The notes: a model not told the origin generated them from the letters alone. A DNA stretch of 32,000 nt from Pseudomonas aeruginosa (GCF_001457615.1 NZ_LN831024.1:3510001-3542000), one strand, 5' to 3'. Shown: positions 15,211 through 26,002, numbered from the stretch's first letter. Made by a program: numbers and translations.

Positions 15211-15851
15211 CGCCAGTCCCTGAGCGCCTCCTCGGCCGCCAGGTTCATCGGCTCGGCAAGCAGCCCGGCGACGCCGTAGTTCACCGCGAACACCGCCTTG
15301 TCCGCCATCGGCAGGAAAGTCACCCGCCCCGCCAGCGGCTCGAACAGGAACAGGTCGTGCTCGCCGGCCCGCAGCCAGCGCCAGAGATCGACCCCCAGCG
15401 GACTCTGCGACAAGCCCAGGCGGCGGCCCCGGGACTGCTGCTCGAGAGCCAGGAAGCGGCCGCTGAGCGCGTCGAGGCGATAGCCCGGCGCCAGACCGAT
15501 CAACGCGGCCAGCCCCTTCCAGCGGAAAATCCGCGCGTCCAGTTGCCAGAGTTCGCCGTCCAGCACCACGCTGCGCTCGTTGGCGCCCTCCTGGATCAGC
15601 ACCCGGTAGCGCTGCGGCCCTTCGGCCTGGAAGCTCAGGGTGGCCATCGGCTGCTCGAGCTTGAGCAGCGAATAGCTGCGCAGGTCCCAGGCGAGCACCA
15701 GCAGCAGCGCCGCCACGGCGACGAAGGCCAAGCCGCAGGTGCCGCGCAGCCAGCCGAGGAACCAGGTGCGTTCGAAGAGGATGCGCACCGCGACCAGGGC
15801 GGCCAGCAAGGCCAGTAACGCGAATGCCCAGGCCAGACCGTCGTACTGCAT
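15207..15851 (-). CDS. Conserved hypothetical membrane protein (two N-terminal TM helices)
   Basis: 214 aa. GAAGGAA SD. Hydrophobic segments LAWAFALLALLAALVAV and CGLAFVAVAALLLVLAW are followed by a soluble domain. High GC3. I recognise no family. Confidence 0.7.
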   Translation of the reverse strand: MQYDGLAWAFALLALLAALVAVRILFERTWFLGWLRGTCGLAFVAVAALLLVLAWDLRSYSLLKLEQPMATLSFQAEGPQRYRVLIQEGANERSVVLDGELWQLDARIFRWKGLAALIGLAPGYRLDALSGRFLALEQQSRGRRLGLSQSPLGVDLWRWLRAGEHDLFLFEPLAGRVTFLPMADKAVFAVNYGVAGLLAEPMNLAAEEALRDWR

Positions 15852-15951
15852 GCAAGCGATTCCTTCTGCGTGAAATTGCGGGCATTATGCGCACCCCTCC
15901 TCCCGACGGCCAGCGAGGCCGTTTCCCGATTGGAAGCAGGTCCGGTTTTTC

Positions 15952-16731
15952 ATGCCCTTCGAACTCGCGATAGACCCCAGCACCCTGATCATCCTGGCCG
16001 TGGTGGCCTTTCTCGCCGGCTTCATCGACGCCATCGCCGGCGGCGGCGGCCTGTTGACCATCCCTGCGCTGCTCACCGCCGGGGTCCCGCCGCACCTGGC
16101 GCTGGGTACCAACAAGCTGAGCTCGACCTTCGGTGCGGCGACCGCCAGCTACACCTTCTACCGGCGCAAGCTGTTCCATCCCGGGAAGTGGCGCTACGGT
16201 CTGCTCGCCACCGCGATCGGCGCCGCCATAGGCGCCTGGGCGGCTCACCTGCTGCCCGCCGAGTGGCTGAACCGGATGCTCCCGGTGGTGGTATTCACCT
16301 GCGGCCTCTACATGCTCTTCGGCGGCACGCCGAAGGCGCCGCTGGACGCCGATGCGCCGGTCGGACGCAAGCGCCAGTGGCCGCAAGGCCTCGCCCTGGG
16401 CTTCTACGACGGCGTGGCGGGACCGGGCACCGGAGCGTTCTGGACCGTCAGCTCGCTGCTCATGTACCCGCTGGACCTGGTCCGCGCCAGCGGTGTGGCG
16501 CGGAGCATGAACTTCGTCAGCAACATAGTGGCGCTGGCGGTGTTCGTCGCCTCCGGCCAGGTGATCTGGTTGCTCGGCCTGTGCATGGGTGCGTCGCTGA
16601 TGGTCGGCGCCTATTTCGGCGCGCGCACCGCCATCGGCGGCGGGGCGAGGTTCATTCGCCCGGTGTTCATCCTGGTGGTCCTGGCGCTGACCGCGCGGCT
16701 AGCCTGGCAGCACTGGTTCAGCGGCGCCTGA
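15952..16731 (+). CDS. TauE/SafE (DUF81) family anion-exporter membrane protein
   Basis: 259 aa, polytopic. [16 protein letters not shown] near the N-terminus and a second-half repeat are typical of TauE/SafE proteins. Confidence 0.85.
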   Translation: MPFELAIDPSTLIILAVVAFLAGFIDAIAGGGGLLTIPALLTAGVPPHLALGTNKLSSTFGAATASYTFYRRKLFHPGKWRYGLLATAIGAAIGAWAAHLLPAEWLNRMLPVVVFTCGLYMLFGGTPKAPLDADAPVGRKRQWPQGLALGFYDGVAGPGTGAFWTVSSLLMYPLDLVRASGVARSMNFVSNIVALAVFVASGQVIWLLGLCMGASLMVGAYFGARTAIGGGARFIRPVFILVVLALTARLAWQHWFSGA

Positions 16732-17535
16732 GCGGCGCGCCAGGTACAGGTCGATCAGGTGCCGGGCGATCGAGCGCTGCGCCGGTAGCGGCGGCAAGGC
16801 ATCGAGGGAGAACCACTGGGCGTCCTCGATCTCGTCTTCCTGCGGGGCGATCTCGCCGGACACGTACTCGGCGTGGAAACCGAGCATCAGCGAATGCGGG
16901 AACGGCCAGTTCTGGCTGCCGATGTATTCGAGATTGGCGACCTCCACCCCGACCTCTTCGCGCACCTCGCGGACCACGCACTGCTCCACCGACTCGCCGG
17001 CCTCGACGAAGCCGGCCAGGGTACTGTAGACCCCCGGCACGAAGCGCGGCGAACGCGCCAGCAACACCTCGTCGCCCCGGGTCACCAGGACGATCATGCT
17101 CGGCGACAGGCGCGGGTACTGGTGCAGCCCGCACTGCGGACACTGCATCACCCGCTCGTGGTCCTGCGCCTGCATGCGTGTGCCGCAATTGCCGCAGAAC
17201 CGGTTGTGACGTGCCCAGATGCCGATCTGGCTGGCATAGCCGAGCATGCAGAACTGATCGAAATCGCCGTGCAGCATGAACTGCCGCAACGGCGCCCAGG
17301 CCATGCCCGGCAGCTCGATCGGCTCGTCCAGTTCCAGCACGTAGACCGGCTCGCCCTGCCAATGGCCGACCCCATGTTCGGCGAGCAGCGGGAGTTCCTG
17401 GCGCTTCAGCCATTCGCGGGGGAACAGCAGGCCGTTGTCGTCCTGGAGGAAGCGCTGCTGACAGTGCGCGAGCACCCAGCCGCCGACCTGGGCGGTAGCC
17501 GGCCGACCTGCCTGCCAGCGGAACTCGCCGGCCAT
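16699..17535 (-). CDS. nudC: NudC NADH pyrophosphatase / NAD-cap decapping Nudix hydrolase
   Basis: 278 aa. Zinc ribbon CGNCG...CPQCG, Nudix box [23 protein letters not shown] and the NudC-specific SQNWPFPHS motif. Confidence 0.92.
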   Translation of the reverse strand: MAGEFRWQAGRPATAQVGGWVLAHCQQRFLQDDNGLLFPREWLKRQELPLLAEHGVGHWQGEPVYVLELDEPIELPGMAWAPLRQFMLHGDFDQFCMLGYASQIGIWARHNRFCGNCGTRMQAQDHERVMQCPQCGLHQYPRLSPSMIVLVTRGDEVLLARSPRFVPGVYSTLAGFVEAGESVEQCVVREVREEVGVEVANLEYIGSQNWPFPHSLMLGFHAEYVSGEIAPQEDEIEDAQWFSLDALPPLPAQRSIARHLIDLYLARRSGAAEPVLPG

Positions 17536-19223
17536 CAGGCGGCCACCGGCAGTCCGAGCGCCTTGACGCTGGCGCTGGCCAGGTCGAGGACGTCCGGCTG
17601 GCCCTGCGGACGCAGCACGGCACCGCCCTCGAGATAGTATTCGAGACTGGTCAGGGCGTCGGCGAGGGTTTCCAGCATCTGCTCCGAAGGCATCTGCGCG
17701 GTCTCGATCATGCGCTGCTGGATGTAGTCGGCGCAGCCGCCGACCAGCAGCGCGGCGCGCTCCTGACCGAGGAACCAGAGACCGCCCCGGACCGCCTGCA
17801 GGCTGGCCGGGACGTTGGCCAGGTTGAGCTTGTCGCCATTGGATTCCAGGTACGCGGTGATCGCACGCTTGGCCAGGGCCAGGCCGGCCTTGGCCTCCTC
17901 GATCACCACGATGCGCGCCTCGGCCAACTGGTGCACGGCGAACGCATCGGCTTCCTGCCCGGGCTCCGCCGGAGTCGGCCGGATGATGCGGCGCTCGCCG
18001 CGTTCGAGGTTGCCGACCATGCTTTCCACGTAGAGCACCGCATCGGCCAGGCGCAGCAACGCCGGCGGCGAATCGGCGACGCCGCTGGCAGCCCAGGCGG
18101 CCACGGTGGGTAGCTGGGTCTGCAGGGCGGTGCCGGCCGAGTTCAGGCCGACCATGCCGAGGGTCTTGCTCAGCTTGCCCAGTTGCGCATGCAGGTTGGT
18201 CAGGCTATCCGGCTGGGCCACGCCGCGCTCGATCAGGTCGAGCATGTCCTTGACCCCGGCGAGTTCCTCGCGGATCGCCGTGGACAGCGAACGCATCACC
18301 GACTGGCCGGGGCCGGACAGGCGCTGCGATTCCTCTTCCAGCAGGTGGTCGGTGAACGGCAGCGGCGCCAGCCCATGCAGTTCGCGGACCTCGCGCGAAC
18401 GCGGGCCCTGGCCGTCGGACAGCGCCACCAGGTAAAGCAGTTCCTTGAGCAGATGGCGCGGCGCCTCGTAGGCCGGGCCGATCAGCAATTGCTTGAGCTC
18501 GCGGTCGATGCGCGAGAACAGTTGCTTGCGCGACTTGCGCGGCAACAGTTGGCCATCGACGATCGACTCGATCGCCGCGGCGCCGATCCAGCACAGCCGC
18601 GAACGGGCCACCCCGCCGTGCAGGCTGTCGAGGCGCGCCAGCGCGCGGCCCATCAGCTTGAGGCTGGGATAGAGGTTCTGTTCGCGGATCAGGCCGAGCA
18701 GGCCGATCTGGTACATGTGGCGCATCCGCCGGCTTTCCTCGCCCAGTTCGGCTTCGGAAGGCAGGTGGTCGATGGCAGTGCTCGGCGGCCGCGGGATATC
18801 CAGGCGGGCGCTGAAGAAGAAGCTTTCCGGCAGCGCCGGCTGCCCTGCGGCACAGCGCACTTCGTTGATCGCCGGCAAGAGCAGCTCGGGGATCTCCTGG
18901 CGATTGGCCTCGACGTTCTCCAGGTAGCGGCGCAGCACGTACAGGGCGTTGCCCAGGGCTGCCAGCTGGCCGTCGCGCTCCTCGCTGACGCCGGTGGGAA
19001 TGTCGGTCGCCAGCTGCAGGGCTTCCTGGGCCAGCAGCTCGGCGCCGGCCAGCTCGATCAGGTTGAGGGTGCCGCGGATCTGTTGCAGGCATTCGACGGC
19101 GTGCTGCAGCAGGCTGCCGTTCTGCCGCTCGGCAATGAACTGCTCAAGACCCTGTTCGGCCTGTTCCATGGTGGCGAACAACTCGTCGCGCACCAGACTG
19201 AGGGACGTGGCTCCTGTGACCAT
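17535..19223 (-). CDS. fimL: FimL, ChpA-N-terminus-like Hpt-repeat protein (type IV pilus/cAMP regulation)
   Basis: The listed ORF starts at a TTG (19247). The ATG at 19223 gives [16 protein letters not shown]... (562 aa). Hpt-like segments carry Gln at the phospho-His position ([27 protein letters not shown]). Identification as FimL rests on recalled sequence and synteny. Confidence 0.85.
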   Translation of the reverse strand: MVTGATSLSLVRDELFATMEQAEQGLEQFIAERQNGSLLQHAVECLQQIRGTLNLIELAGAELLAQEALQLATDIPTGVSEERDGQLAALGNALYVLRRYLENVEANRQEIPELLLPAINEVRCAAGQPALPESFFFSARLDIPRPPSTAIDHLPSEAELGEESRRMRHMYQIGLLGLIREQNLYPSLKLMGRALARLDSLHGGVARSRLCWIGAAAIESIVDGQLLPRKSRKQLFSRIDRELKQLLIGPAYEAPRHLLKELLYLVALSDGQGPRSREVRELHGLAPLPFTDHLLEEESQRLSGPGQSVMRSLSTAIREELAGVKDMLDLIERGVAQPDSLTNLHAQLGKLSKTLGMVGLNSAGTALQTQLPTVAAWAASGVADSPPALLRLADAVLYVESMVGNLERGERRIIRPTPAEPGQEADAFAVHQLAEARIVVIEEAKAGLALAKRAITAYLESNGDKLNLANVPASLQAVRGGLWFLGQERAALLVGGCADYIQQRMIETAQMPSEQMLETLADALTSLEYYLEGGAVLRPQGQPDVLDLASASVKALGLPVAA

Positions 19224-19262
19224 CGGTCTAGTGCGCCTCCCGCGCAAGAATATACAACGGCA

Positions 19263-20075
19263 TCAATCAGCGAATTCCGGCTTCTGCTTGGCCATATGCG
19301 CGGCCATCGCCACCCGCAGGTCGGCGGACTGGAGCATGGCGGCGTTCCAGGTAGCGACGTACTCGAGGCCGTCGTCGACCCGGTGGTCGCGCATATAGCG
19401 GATCATTTCCTTGGTACCACGGATGGCGATCGGCGACTTCGCGGCGATCTGCCGCGCCAGTTCGAAGACCCCATCCATCAATGCGGCCTGGTCTGCGTAG
19501 GTACGATTGACCAGGCCGATGCTCCGTGCCTCTTCGCCGTCGACCATGCGCCCGGTGTAGGCCAGCTCGCGCATCATGCCATCGCCGATGATCCGCGGCA
19601 GGCGCTGCAGGGTGCCGACGTCGGCGGCCATGCCGATGTCGATCTCCTTGATCGAGAACTGCGCGTCGGCGGTCGAGTAGCGCATGTCGCAGGCCGAGAC
19701 CAGGTCGATGGCGCCGCCCAGGCAGTAGCCCTGGATCGCCGCGAGCACCGGCTTGCGGCAGTTGTCGACCGCGTTGAACGAGGCCTGCAGCTCGAGAATC
19801 TTGCGACGCAGGGCGTCGGCGTTGCGGCCGACGTCCTTGCCCAGTTGGCTGCCGACCTGGGCCAGCAGCATCAGGTCGATCCCCGAGGAAAAATGCTTGC
19901 CCGCCCCGGACAGCACGACCACCCGCACTTCGTCGGTATCGTCGACCCAGCGGAAGATCTCGATGATCTCGCGCCAGAAGTCCTGGTTCATGGCATTGAT
20001 CTTGTCCGGACGGTTGATCTGGACGTGGGCGATCTTGTCTGCCAGCTCCACACGGAATGCGTTGTACTCGGTCAC
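19263..20075 (-). CDS. Enoyl-CoA hydratase/isomerase (crotonase) family protein
   Basis: 270 aa, GTG start with GAGGA SD. VVVLSGAGKHFSSGIDL oxyanion-hole region and the typical crotonase fold pattern. Confidence 0.9.
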   Translation of the reverse strand: MTEYNAFRVELADKIAHVQINRPDKINAMNQDFWREIIEIFRWVDDTDEVRVVVLSGAGKHFSSGIDLMLLAQVGSQLGKDVGRNADALRRKILELQASFNAVDNCRKPVLAAIQGYCLGGAIDLVSACDMRYSTADAQFSIKEIDIGMAADVGTLQRLPRIIGDGMMRELAYTGRMVDGEEARSIGLVNRTYADQAALMDGVFELARQIAAKSPIAIRGTKEMIRYMRDHRVDDGLEYVATWNAAMLQSADLRVAMAAHMAKQKPEFAD

Positions 20076-20298
20076 GGCGATAGTCCTCGGCAGAGCAACT
20101 GCGCTGTCAGAACGCAGAGATTTTTGTTGTGCGGAAAATCCCGCAACTATAACAAGGGCGAGCCAAATGTCGATGCTGCACTATGTGATGCACGGCACGC
20201 CCATTGATACCGCAATCTCTTCGATGATTGCGCTAAACGCTTGATCCAACGAAAGTCCTGCTGGCATTTTCAGTCTTTTCCTTGCCGTGGAGTCCATC

Positions 20299-21801
20299 GT
20301 GAGCAGTCCCCTGAGCCAGGCTTTCGCACAGAACTTCCTCGGGCATTCGCCGCGCTGGTACAAGCTGACGGTGCTCGCCTTCCTCTTGCTCAACCCCCTG
20401 CTGCTATGGCTGGCCGGGCCGGTGACAAGCGCCTGGGTGCTGGTCGGCGAGTTCATCTTCACCCTGGCCATGGCGCTGAAATGCTATCCGCTACAGCCGG
20501 GTGGCCTGTTGGTGCTGGAGGCGCTGCTGCTTGGCCTGGCTACCCCCGAGGCGCTCTATGCGGAATTGCAGCACAACTTCCCGGTGCTCCTGCTGCTGAT
20601 GTTCATGGTCGCCGGCATCTACTTCATGAAGGACCTGCTGCTCCTGCTGTTTTCCCGCCTGCTGCTCGGCGTGCGCTCGAAGACCCTGCTATCGCTCCTG
20701 TTCTGCCTGCTGGCCGCCCTCCTCTCGGCCTTCCTCGACGCCCTCACCGTGACCGCCGTGGTGATCAGCGTGGCGGTGGCATTCTTCGCCGTGTATCACC
20801 GGGTCGCTTCGGGGCAGCGCGCCAGCGAGGACTACGATCCCGCCACCGACCGCCAGGTCCCCGAGCTGCACCGGGCCCATCTCGAGGAATTCCGCGCCTT
20901 CCTCCGCAGCCTGCTCATGCACGCGGCGGTCGGCACCGCGCTGGGCGGCGTCTGCACCCTGGTGGGAGAGCCGCAGAACCTGCTGATCGGCCACGAGGCC
21001 GGCTGGCATTTCGTCGAGTTCTTCCGCCAGGTCGCGCCGGTATCCATGCCGGTACTGGCGGCCGGCCTGCTGACCTGCGTGCTGCTGGAGAAGAGCCGCC
21101 GCTTCGGCTATGGCGCCCAGTTGCCGGCGGCGGTGCGCCAGGTGCTCGCCGAGTACGCCGCCAGCGAAAGCCGCAAACGCGGAGCGCAGCAGAAGGCCGC
21201 GCTGCTGGTGCAGGCCCTGGCGGCGCTGGTACTGATCGTCGGGCTGGCCCTGCATGTCGCCGAGGTCGGCCTGATCGGCCTGTTGGTGATCGTGCTGATC
21301 ACTGCCTTCACCGGCGTCACCGACGAACACCAGATCGGCCGCGCCTTCCAGGAGGCCCTGCCGTTCACTGCGCTGCTGGTGGTGTTCTTCGCGGTGGTCG
21401 CGGTGATCCACCAGCAGCACCTGTTCACCCCGATCATCCAGGCGGTGCTGGCGCTGCCGGCGGAACGCCAGCCGGGCATGCTGTTCATCGCCAACGGCCT
21501 GCTCTCGGCGATCAGCGACAACGTATTCGTCGCCACCATCTACATCACCGAGGTGAAACAGGCGCTGGATGCCGGCCACATGAGCCGCGAGCATTTCGAT
21601 ACCCTGGCGGTGGCGATCAATACCGGCACCAACCTGCCCAGCGTAGCGACGCCCAACGGCCAGGCGGCGTTCCTCTTCCTGCTGACCTCCTCCATCGCCC
21701 CGCTGGTGCGCCTGTCGTACGGCCGCATGGTCTGGATGGCGCTACCCTACACCCTGGTGATGGGCGGCCTGGGCTGGTGGGCGGTCAGTCATTGGCTTTG
21801 A
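20299..21801 (+). CDS. nhaB: Na+/H+ antiporter NhaB
   Basis: [27 protein letters not shown] parallels the E. coli NhaB N-terminus; polytopic throughout. The listed start GTG 20287 lacks an SD, whereas GTG 20299 has GGAG (20289-20292) 6 nt upstream. The start choice is uncertain by 4 codons. Confidence 0.9.
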   Translation: MSSPLSQAFAQNFLGHSPRWYKLTVLAFLLLNPLLLWLAGPVTSAWVLVGEFIFTLAMALKCYPLQPGGLLVLEALLLGLATPEALYAELQHNFPVLLLLMFMVAGIYFMKDLLLLLFSRLLLGVRSKTLLSLLFCLLAALLSAFLDALTVTAVVISVAVAFFAVYHRVASGQRASEDYDPATDRQVPELHRAHLEEFRAFLRSLLMHAAVGTALGGVCTLVGEPQNLLIGHEAGWHFVEFFRQVAPVSMPVLAAGLLTCVLLEKSRRFGYGAQLPAAVRQVLAEYAASESRKRGAQQKAALLVQALAALVLIVGLALHVAEVGLIGLLVIVLITAFTGVTDEHQIGRAFQEALPFTALLVVFFAVVAVIHQQHLFTPIIQAVLALPAERQPGMLFIANGLLSAISDNVFVATIYITEVKQALDAGHMSREHFDTLAVAINTGTNLPSVATPNGQAAFLFLLTSSIAPLVRLSYGRMVWMALPYTLVMGGLGWWAVSHWL

Positions 21802-23140
21802 GCGTCGGCACTCCGTTGACCTGGTTGCGCCATTGCCGCCAGGTGTACATTGGGATACCGGCCATCAGCACCAGGAAGCCCCAGAAGATCGCCTGCTGGC
21901 CGGTGCCATACAGCGCCCATAGCGAGTAGGCGAAGCCCAGCGAGCCGATCACCAGCAATTGCCGGCGTGAACGCGGCGAGAACTCGTCCGGTCGCACCGC
22001 CAGCAGTTGCAACAGCGCGGCGGTGCAGAACGCGTAGGGGACCACCCCGGTCATGGTGCCGAGCAGGATGATCACGTTGAACACATCGACCAGGTCGCCA
22101 TGCCCGTCGACCATCACCAGCGCCGTCACCAGCAGCCCCGAGGCCAGCAGGCCGTGGGCCGGCGCGCCGTTCTTGTTGAGCTGGCCGAGCGACTCAGGGA
22201 ACAGCCCGTCGCGCGCCGGAGCCACCGGGATCTGGCCCTGCAACAGGACCCAGCCATTGAGCGCGCCCAGGCAGGCGATGACCGCCCCGGCAGCCACCAG
22301 GTAGTAGCCCCAGTCGCCCATCAGGATCCGTGCCGCGTCGGCGAACGGCGAGGTGGAGCGGGCCAGCACCTCCGGCGGCATCAGGCCCTGCACCGCAGTG
22401 ATCGAGAGGATGTAGAGGGCCGCCGCGGCCAGCGTGCCGAACAGGGTCGCGCGGGGAATGGTGCGGCGCGGGTCCTCGACGTCGTCGGCCGGCACGGTGG
22501 CCGACTCCAGGCCGATGAACGACCAAAGGGTCAGCGCCGCGGTGGTGGCGATCGCCTGGGCATAGCCCATGTTCGGCAGCTCGCTGCGCGCCGGGATCGC
22601 CAGGTGCTCGGGATTGAAGTGGAACCAGCCGAGGATACCGACCAGCAACAACGGCAGCAGCTTGAGGATGGTCAGCAGGTTCTGCACCACGCTGAAGGTG
22701 CCGATGCCTCGCAGATTGATCAGGGTGCACAGCCAGATCGCGGCGATGGCCACGCAGACCATCAGCAGCGGATCCGCCAGCGCCGGGATGAACACCCGCA
22801 GGTAGCCGACCAGGGTCACGGCGATCGCCGCGTTGCCGATCCAGGCGGCTTTCCAGTAGGTCCAGGCGCACAGGTAGCCGGCGAAGCTGCCGAAACCGTC
22901 GCGGGTATAGGCGTAGGGGCCGCCGGCGCCGGGGTTGACCCGCGCCAGGCGGGCGAAGGTCAGCGCCAGCAGCACCGCGCCGGTGCTCGACACCAGCCAG
23001 CCGAACAGGCTGAGCCCGCCGAACGCCGCCAGGCTGGAGGGAAGCAGGAAGACTCCCGAACCGACCATGTTGCCGATCACCAGCGCGCTGCAGGTCCAGA
23101 ACCCCATGCCGCGCTTGCCGGCCTTCTCTCCCCCCGCCAT
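21785..23140 (-). CDS. ldcB: APC-superfamily basic amino acid/polyamine antiporter (putative lysine:cadaverine exchanger, second gene of the ldcAB operon)
   Basis: [16 protein letters not shown] signature and about 12 TM segments. The listed GTG at 23146 abuts the AAGGGG SD, and the ATG at 23140 is spaced 5 nt from it. It starts about 20 nt after the ldcA stop. The symbol is from memory of the P. aeruginosa ldcAB description. Confidence 0.85.
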   Translation of the reverse strand: MAGGEKAGKRGMGFWTCSALVIGNMVGSGVFLLPSSLAAFGGLSLFGWLVSSTGAVLLALTFARLARVNPGAGGPYAYTRDGFGSFAGYLCAWTYWKAAWIGNAAIAVTLVGYLRVFIPALADPLLMVCVAIAAIWLCTLINLRGIGTFSVVQNLLTILKLLPLLLVGILGWFHFNPEHLAIPARSELPNMGYAQAIATTAALTLWSFIGLESATVPADDVEDPRRTIPRATLFGTLAAAALYILSITAVQGLMPPEVLARSTSPFADAARILMGDWGYYLVAAGAVIACLGALNGWVLLQGQIPVAPARDGLFPESLGQLNKNGAPAHGLLASGLLVTALVMVDGHGDLVDVFNVIILLGTMTGVVPYAFCTAALLQLLAVRPDEFSPRSRRQLLVIGSLGFAYSLWALYGTGQQAIFWGFLVLMAGIPMYTWRQWRNQVNGVPTLKAND

Positions 23141-23163
23141 CGACACCCCTTAGCCTGTCGGCC

Positions 23164-25419
23164 TCATTCTTTTATGCATTCAACGGTATAGCAGCGCCCG
23201 GACGGTCCGTCCTGATGCTGCAGGCCGTGCACATCGGAGTCGAAACCAGGGAAGGCGCGCTCGAAGGTCCGCGCGAACTCGAGATAGTCGAGGATCGAGC
23301 GGGTCGCCTCGGTGAAGCGCTCACCCGGCATGATCAGCGGGATACCCGGCGGATAGGGTACCAGCATGACGGCCGCGATGCGCCCTTCCAACCGAGCGAT
23401 CGGTACCGCCTCGACCTCGCCGCGCACCAGCTTGTCGTAGGCCTCGGACGGCCGCATCGCGACCTCCGGCAGCACCGTGTACATGCGCTTCATGGCCTTC
23501 GCCGTGGCGTTGTCGCGGTAGCTGGCGTGCATGGCGTCGCTGAGGTCGCGCAGGCCCACTCCGTTGTAGCGCTTGCCGCCGGCCTGGGCCACGGAGGGCA
23601 AGACGTCGAGCAGCGGCAGGTTGGCGTCGTAACAGCGCTTGAATTCGAGCAGTTCGGTGACCAGGGTGCTCCACTTGCCCTTGGTGATGCCCATCGAGAA
23701 CAGCACCAGGAAGGAGTAGAGACCGGTTTTCTCCACCACCAGCCCGCGCTCCCAGAGGAAGCGGCTGACGATGGCAGCCGGAATCCCCTGCTCGCTGAGC
23801 TTGCCGCCGGCGCTCAGGCCCGGGGTGGTCAAGGTGACCTTGATCGGATCGAGCAGCACGTAGTCTTCGGCGATATCGCCGAAGCCGTGCCAGTCGGCGC
23901 TCGGCTCCAGCACCCAATCATGGGTGCCGACCTGATCGGTGCCCTCCACCTGCTCCGGCTGCCAGACGCCGAACCACCAGTCGTTCCGGTCCAGGTTCTG
24001 CCGTACGTTGGCCAGGGCCCGGCGGAAGCTGAGGGCCTCGTCGAAGGTCTCCTGGATCAGCGAACGCCCGGCGGGCCCTTCCATCATCGCCGAAGCCACG
24101 TCCAGCGAAGCGATGATGCCGTACTGCGGCGAGGTCGAGATGTGCATCATGAAGGCTTCGTTGAAGCGCGCCACGTCCAGCTTCCGGGTCCCGCCATCCT
24201 GCACGTGGATCATCGAGGCCTGGCTGAAGGCGGCGAGCATCTTGTGCGTGGAGTGGGTGGCGAACACCAGGGGTCCCTCCTCGCTGCGCGAGGTGCCCAT
24301 GCCATAGCGTCCGTCGTAGAACTCGTGGAACGCGGCATAGGCGTACCAGGCCTCGTCGAAGTGCAACACTTCGACGCTGTCGCCGAGGGTCTGCTTGATC
24401 AGCTCGGCGTTGTAGCACAGGCCGTCGTAGGTGGAGTTGGTCACCACCGCCAGCTTCACCTTCGGCTCGCGACCGCGCGCCAGCGGACTGGCGGCGATCT
24501 TCGCGGCAATCGACTCCTTGCTGAATTCGCTCAGCGGGATCGGCCCGATGATTCCCAGTTCGTTGCGTTCCGGAGTGAGGTAGAGCGGTATCGCCCCGGT
24601 CATGATGATCGAGTGGAGGATCGACTTGTGGCAGTTGCGGTCCACCAGCACCAGGTCTTCGCGACCGACCATGGAATGCCAGACGATCTTGTTCGCGGTG
24701 GAAGTGCCATTGATCACGAAGAAGGTATGGTCGGCGCCGAAATTGCGCGCGGCACGGTCCTCGGCCTCGGCCAGGGGGCCGGTATGGTCGAGCAGCGAGC
24801 CCAGCTCGGGGACCGAGACCGACAGGTCGGAACGCAGCGTGTTCTCCCCGAAGAACTGGTGGAACGCCTGTCCCACCGGACTCTTGCGATAGGCGACACC
24901 GCCGCCGTGGCCCGGCGTATGCCAGGAATAGTTGGACTGCGCGGTGTGCTCGACCAGCGCACGGAAGAATGGCGGCAGCAGCCCGGCCAGGTAGTTGCGC
25001 GCCGCCCGGGCGACCTGGCGGGCGAGGAACGGCACGGTGTCTTCGAACAGGTAGAGGATGCCGCGCAACTGGTGCAGGTCGGCCATGGACTCGGCCGGCG
25101 CGTTCTCGATGGTCACCTGCTCGCCGAGGGCGAAGATCGGCAATTGCGGCGCCCGCACGCGGGCCACGCGGATCAGTTCGACCACATCCTGCAGCAGGCG
25201 CTGGTTTTCCCCGGCACCTTCGGCGGCGACCAGGATGCAGGCCAGGCCGTGGTGGGTGGAAGCGACGATGCGCCCCTCGGCGGAGCTGGCGGTGGAGAGA
25301 ATGCTGAAGCCGTCCTGCTCCAGTTCGTGGGCGATGCCCCGCACGCGTTCGCCGGCAACGGTGTCGGCCTTGATGTCGCGATGGACGATGAGGACGGGAA
25401 ATTTGAGGTCTTTATACAT
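23164..25419 (-). CDS. ldcA: Lysine decarboxylase (large PLP-dependent Orn/Lys/Arg decarboxylase with N-terminal wing domain)
   Basis: 751 aa. PLP-lysine motif ATHSTHKMLAAFSQAS and the wing/linker/PLP/C-terminal domain order typical of LdcI/LdcC/AdiA-type enzymes. Confidence 0.92.
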   Translation of the reverse strand: MYKDLKFPVLIVHRDIKADTVAGERVRGIAHELEQDGFSILSTASSAEGRIVASTHHGLACILVAAEGAGENQRLLQDVVELIRVARVRAPQLPIFALGEQVTIENAPAESMADLHQLRGILYLFEDTVPFLARQVARAARNYLAGLLPPFFRALVEHTAQSNYSWHTPGHGGGVAYRKSPVGQAFHQFFGENTLRSDLSVSVPELGSLLDHTGPLAEAEDRAARNFGADHTFFVINGTSTANKIVWHSMVGREDLVLVDRNCHKSILHSIIMTGAIPLYLTPERNELGIIGPIPLSEFSKESIAAKIAASPLARGREPKVKLAVVTNSTYDGLCYNAELIKQTLGDSVEVLHFDEAWYAYAAFHEFYDGRYGMGTSRSEEGPLVFATHSTHKMLAAFSQASMIHVQDGGTRKLDVARFNEAFMMHISTSPQYGIIASLDVASAMMEGPAGRSLIQETFDEALSFRRALANVRQNLDRNDWWFGVWQPEQVEGTDQVGTHDWVLEPSADWHGFGDIAEDYVLLDPIKVTLTTPGLSAGGKLSEQGIPAAIVSRFLWERGLVVEKTGLYSFLVLFSMGITKGKWSTLVTELLEFKRCYDANLPLLDVLPSVAQAGGKRYNGVGLRDLSDAMHASYRDNATAKAMKRMYTVLPEVAMRPSEAYDKLVRGEVEAVPIARLEGRIAAVMLVPYPPGIPLIMPGERFTEATRSILDYLEFARTFERAFPGFDSDVHGLQHQDGPSGRCYTVECIKE

Positions 25420-25612
25420 TGTTGATCCCGAGCAGCAGGCGGGCGAACCCCGCCGGTCGGCTCAGGGTAGAGACTTGCCGGCACGCGCGTAACCCCCGGC
25501 GGCTTGCCCTTGTAAGAAAAGGTCGCGGCAACACAAGTCGGCGCGCCGCGCTTGCCTCCGCTCCCGCCAGCGAGGAGCATGGACCTCTCTGCCCTGCTAC
25601 GGAGCGACAACG

Positions 25613-26002
25613 ATGCGCAGCGCTTATCGGATCGTCAGCGATCACTATGCGGCCTCTAGCCGTGGGGACCTCGCCGGAATGCTGGCGGACATGGACGAAC
25701 GCACCGAATGGACGGAAATGGCCGGTTTCCCGCTGGCCGGCACCTATGTCGGCGCGGCCGCCATCGGCGCCGGTGTGTTCCAGGCCTTGCAGCGGGACTG
25801 GGAGGGCTTCAGGGTCGAGATCGAGCGCCTGATCGACGGCGGCGACAGCGTGGTCGCCGTCGGTCGATATGCAGCGACCCACCGTCGCAGCGGCAAGTCG
25901 TTCGAAGCGCGCGTGGCACACGTATGGACGGTGGAGGACGGCAGGATCCGCCGTTTCGAGCAGTTCTGCGACACCTTGCTGGTGGAGCGGGCGACGCGCT
26001 GA
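25613..26002 (+). CDS. SnoaL-like / NTF2-fold protein (ketosteroid-isomerase-like)
   Basis: 129 aa. The pattern ...DLAGMLADMDERTEWTE...VAVGRYAATHRRSGKSFEARVAHVWTVEDGRIRRFEQF is characteristic of SnoaL_2 proteins. Confidence 0.8.
   Translation: MRSAYRIVSDHYAASSRGDLAGMLADMDERTEWTEMAGFPLAGTYVGAAAIGAGVFQALQRDWEGFRVEIERLIDGGDSVVAVGRYAATHRRSGKSFEARVAHVWTVEDGRIRRFEQFCDTLLVERATR

Noticed and set aside
18183-20207. 674-aa ORF antisense to fimL and the crotonase gene
   Set aside because: It crosses an intergenic region and two well-supported minus-strand genes. This is a typical GC-rich antisense artefact.
20167-20244. 25-codon upstream ORF (MSMLHYVMHGTPIDTAISSMIALNA) in the 223-nt AT-richer region before nhaB; possible leader peptide
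   Set aside because: It has a plausible AAGGG SD. However, third-position G/C is clearly lower than in real genes here, and I see no attenuator-like structure linking it to nhaB. It cannot be supported from sequence alone, though it is worth a glance in Ribo-seq data.
20241-21929. 562-aa same-strand alternative frame overlapping nhaB
   Set aside because: The product is extremely Arg/Pro/Gly/Ala-rich, typical of an off-frame reading of a GC-rich membrane-protein gene. The NhaB frame has the conserved N-terminus and hydrophobic periodicity.
23215-25425. 736-aa ORF antisense to ldcA
   Set aside because: It mirrors the whole ldcA frame. The ldcA translation has the PLP-lysine motif and full decarboxylase architecture, and the antisense product has no recognisable features.
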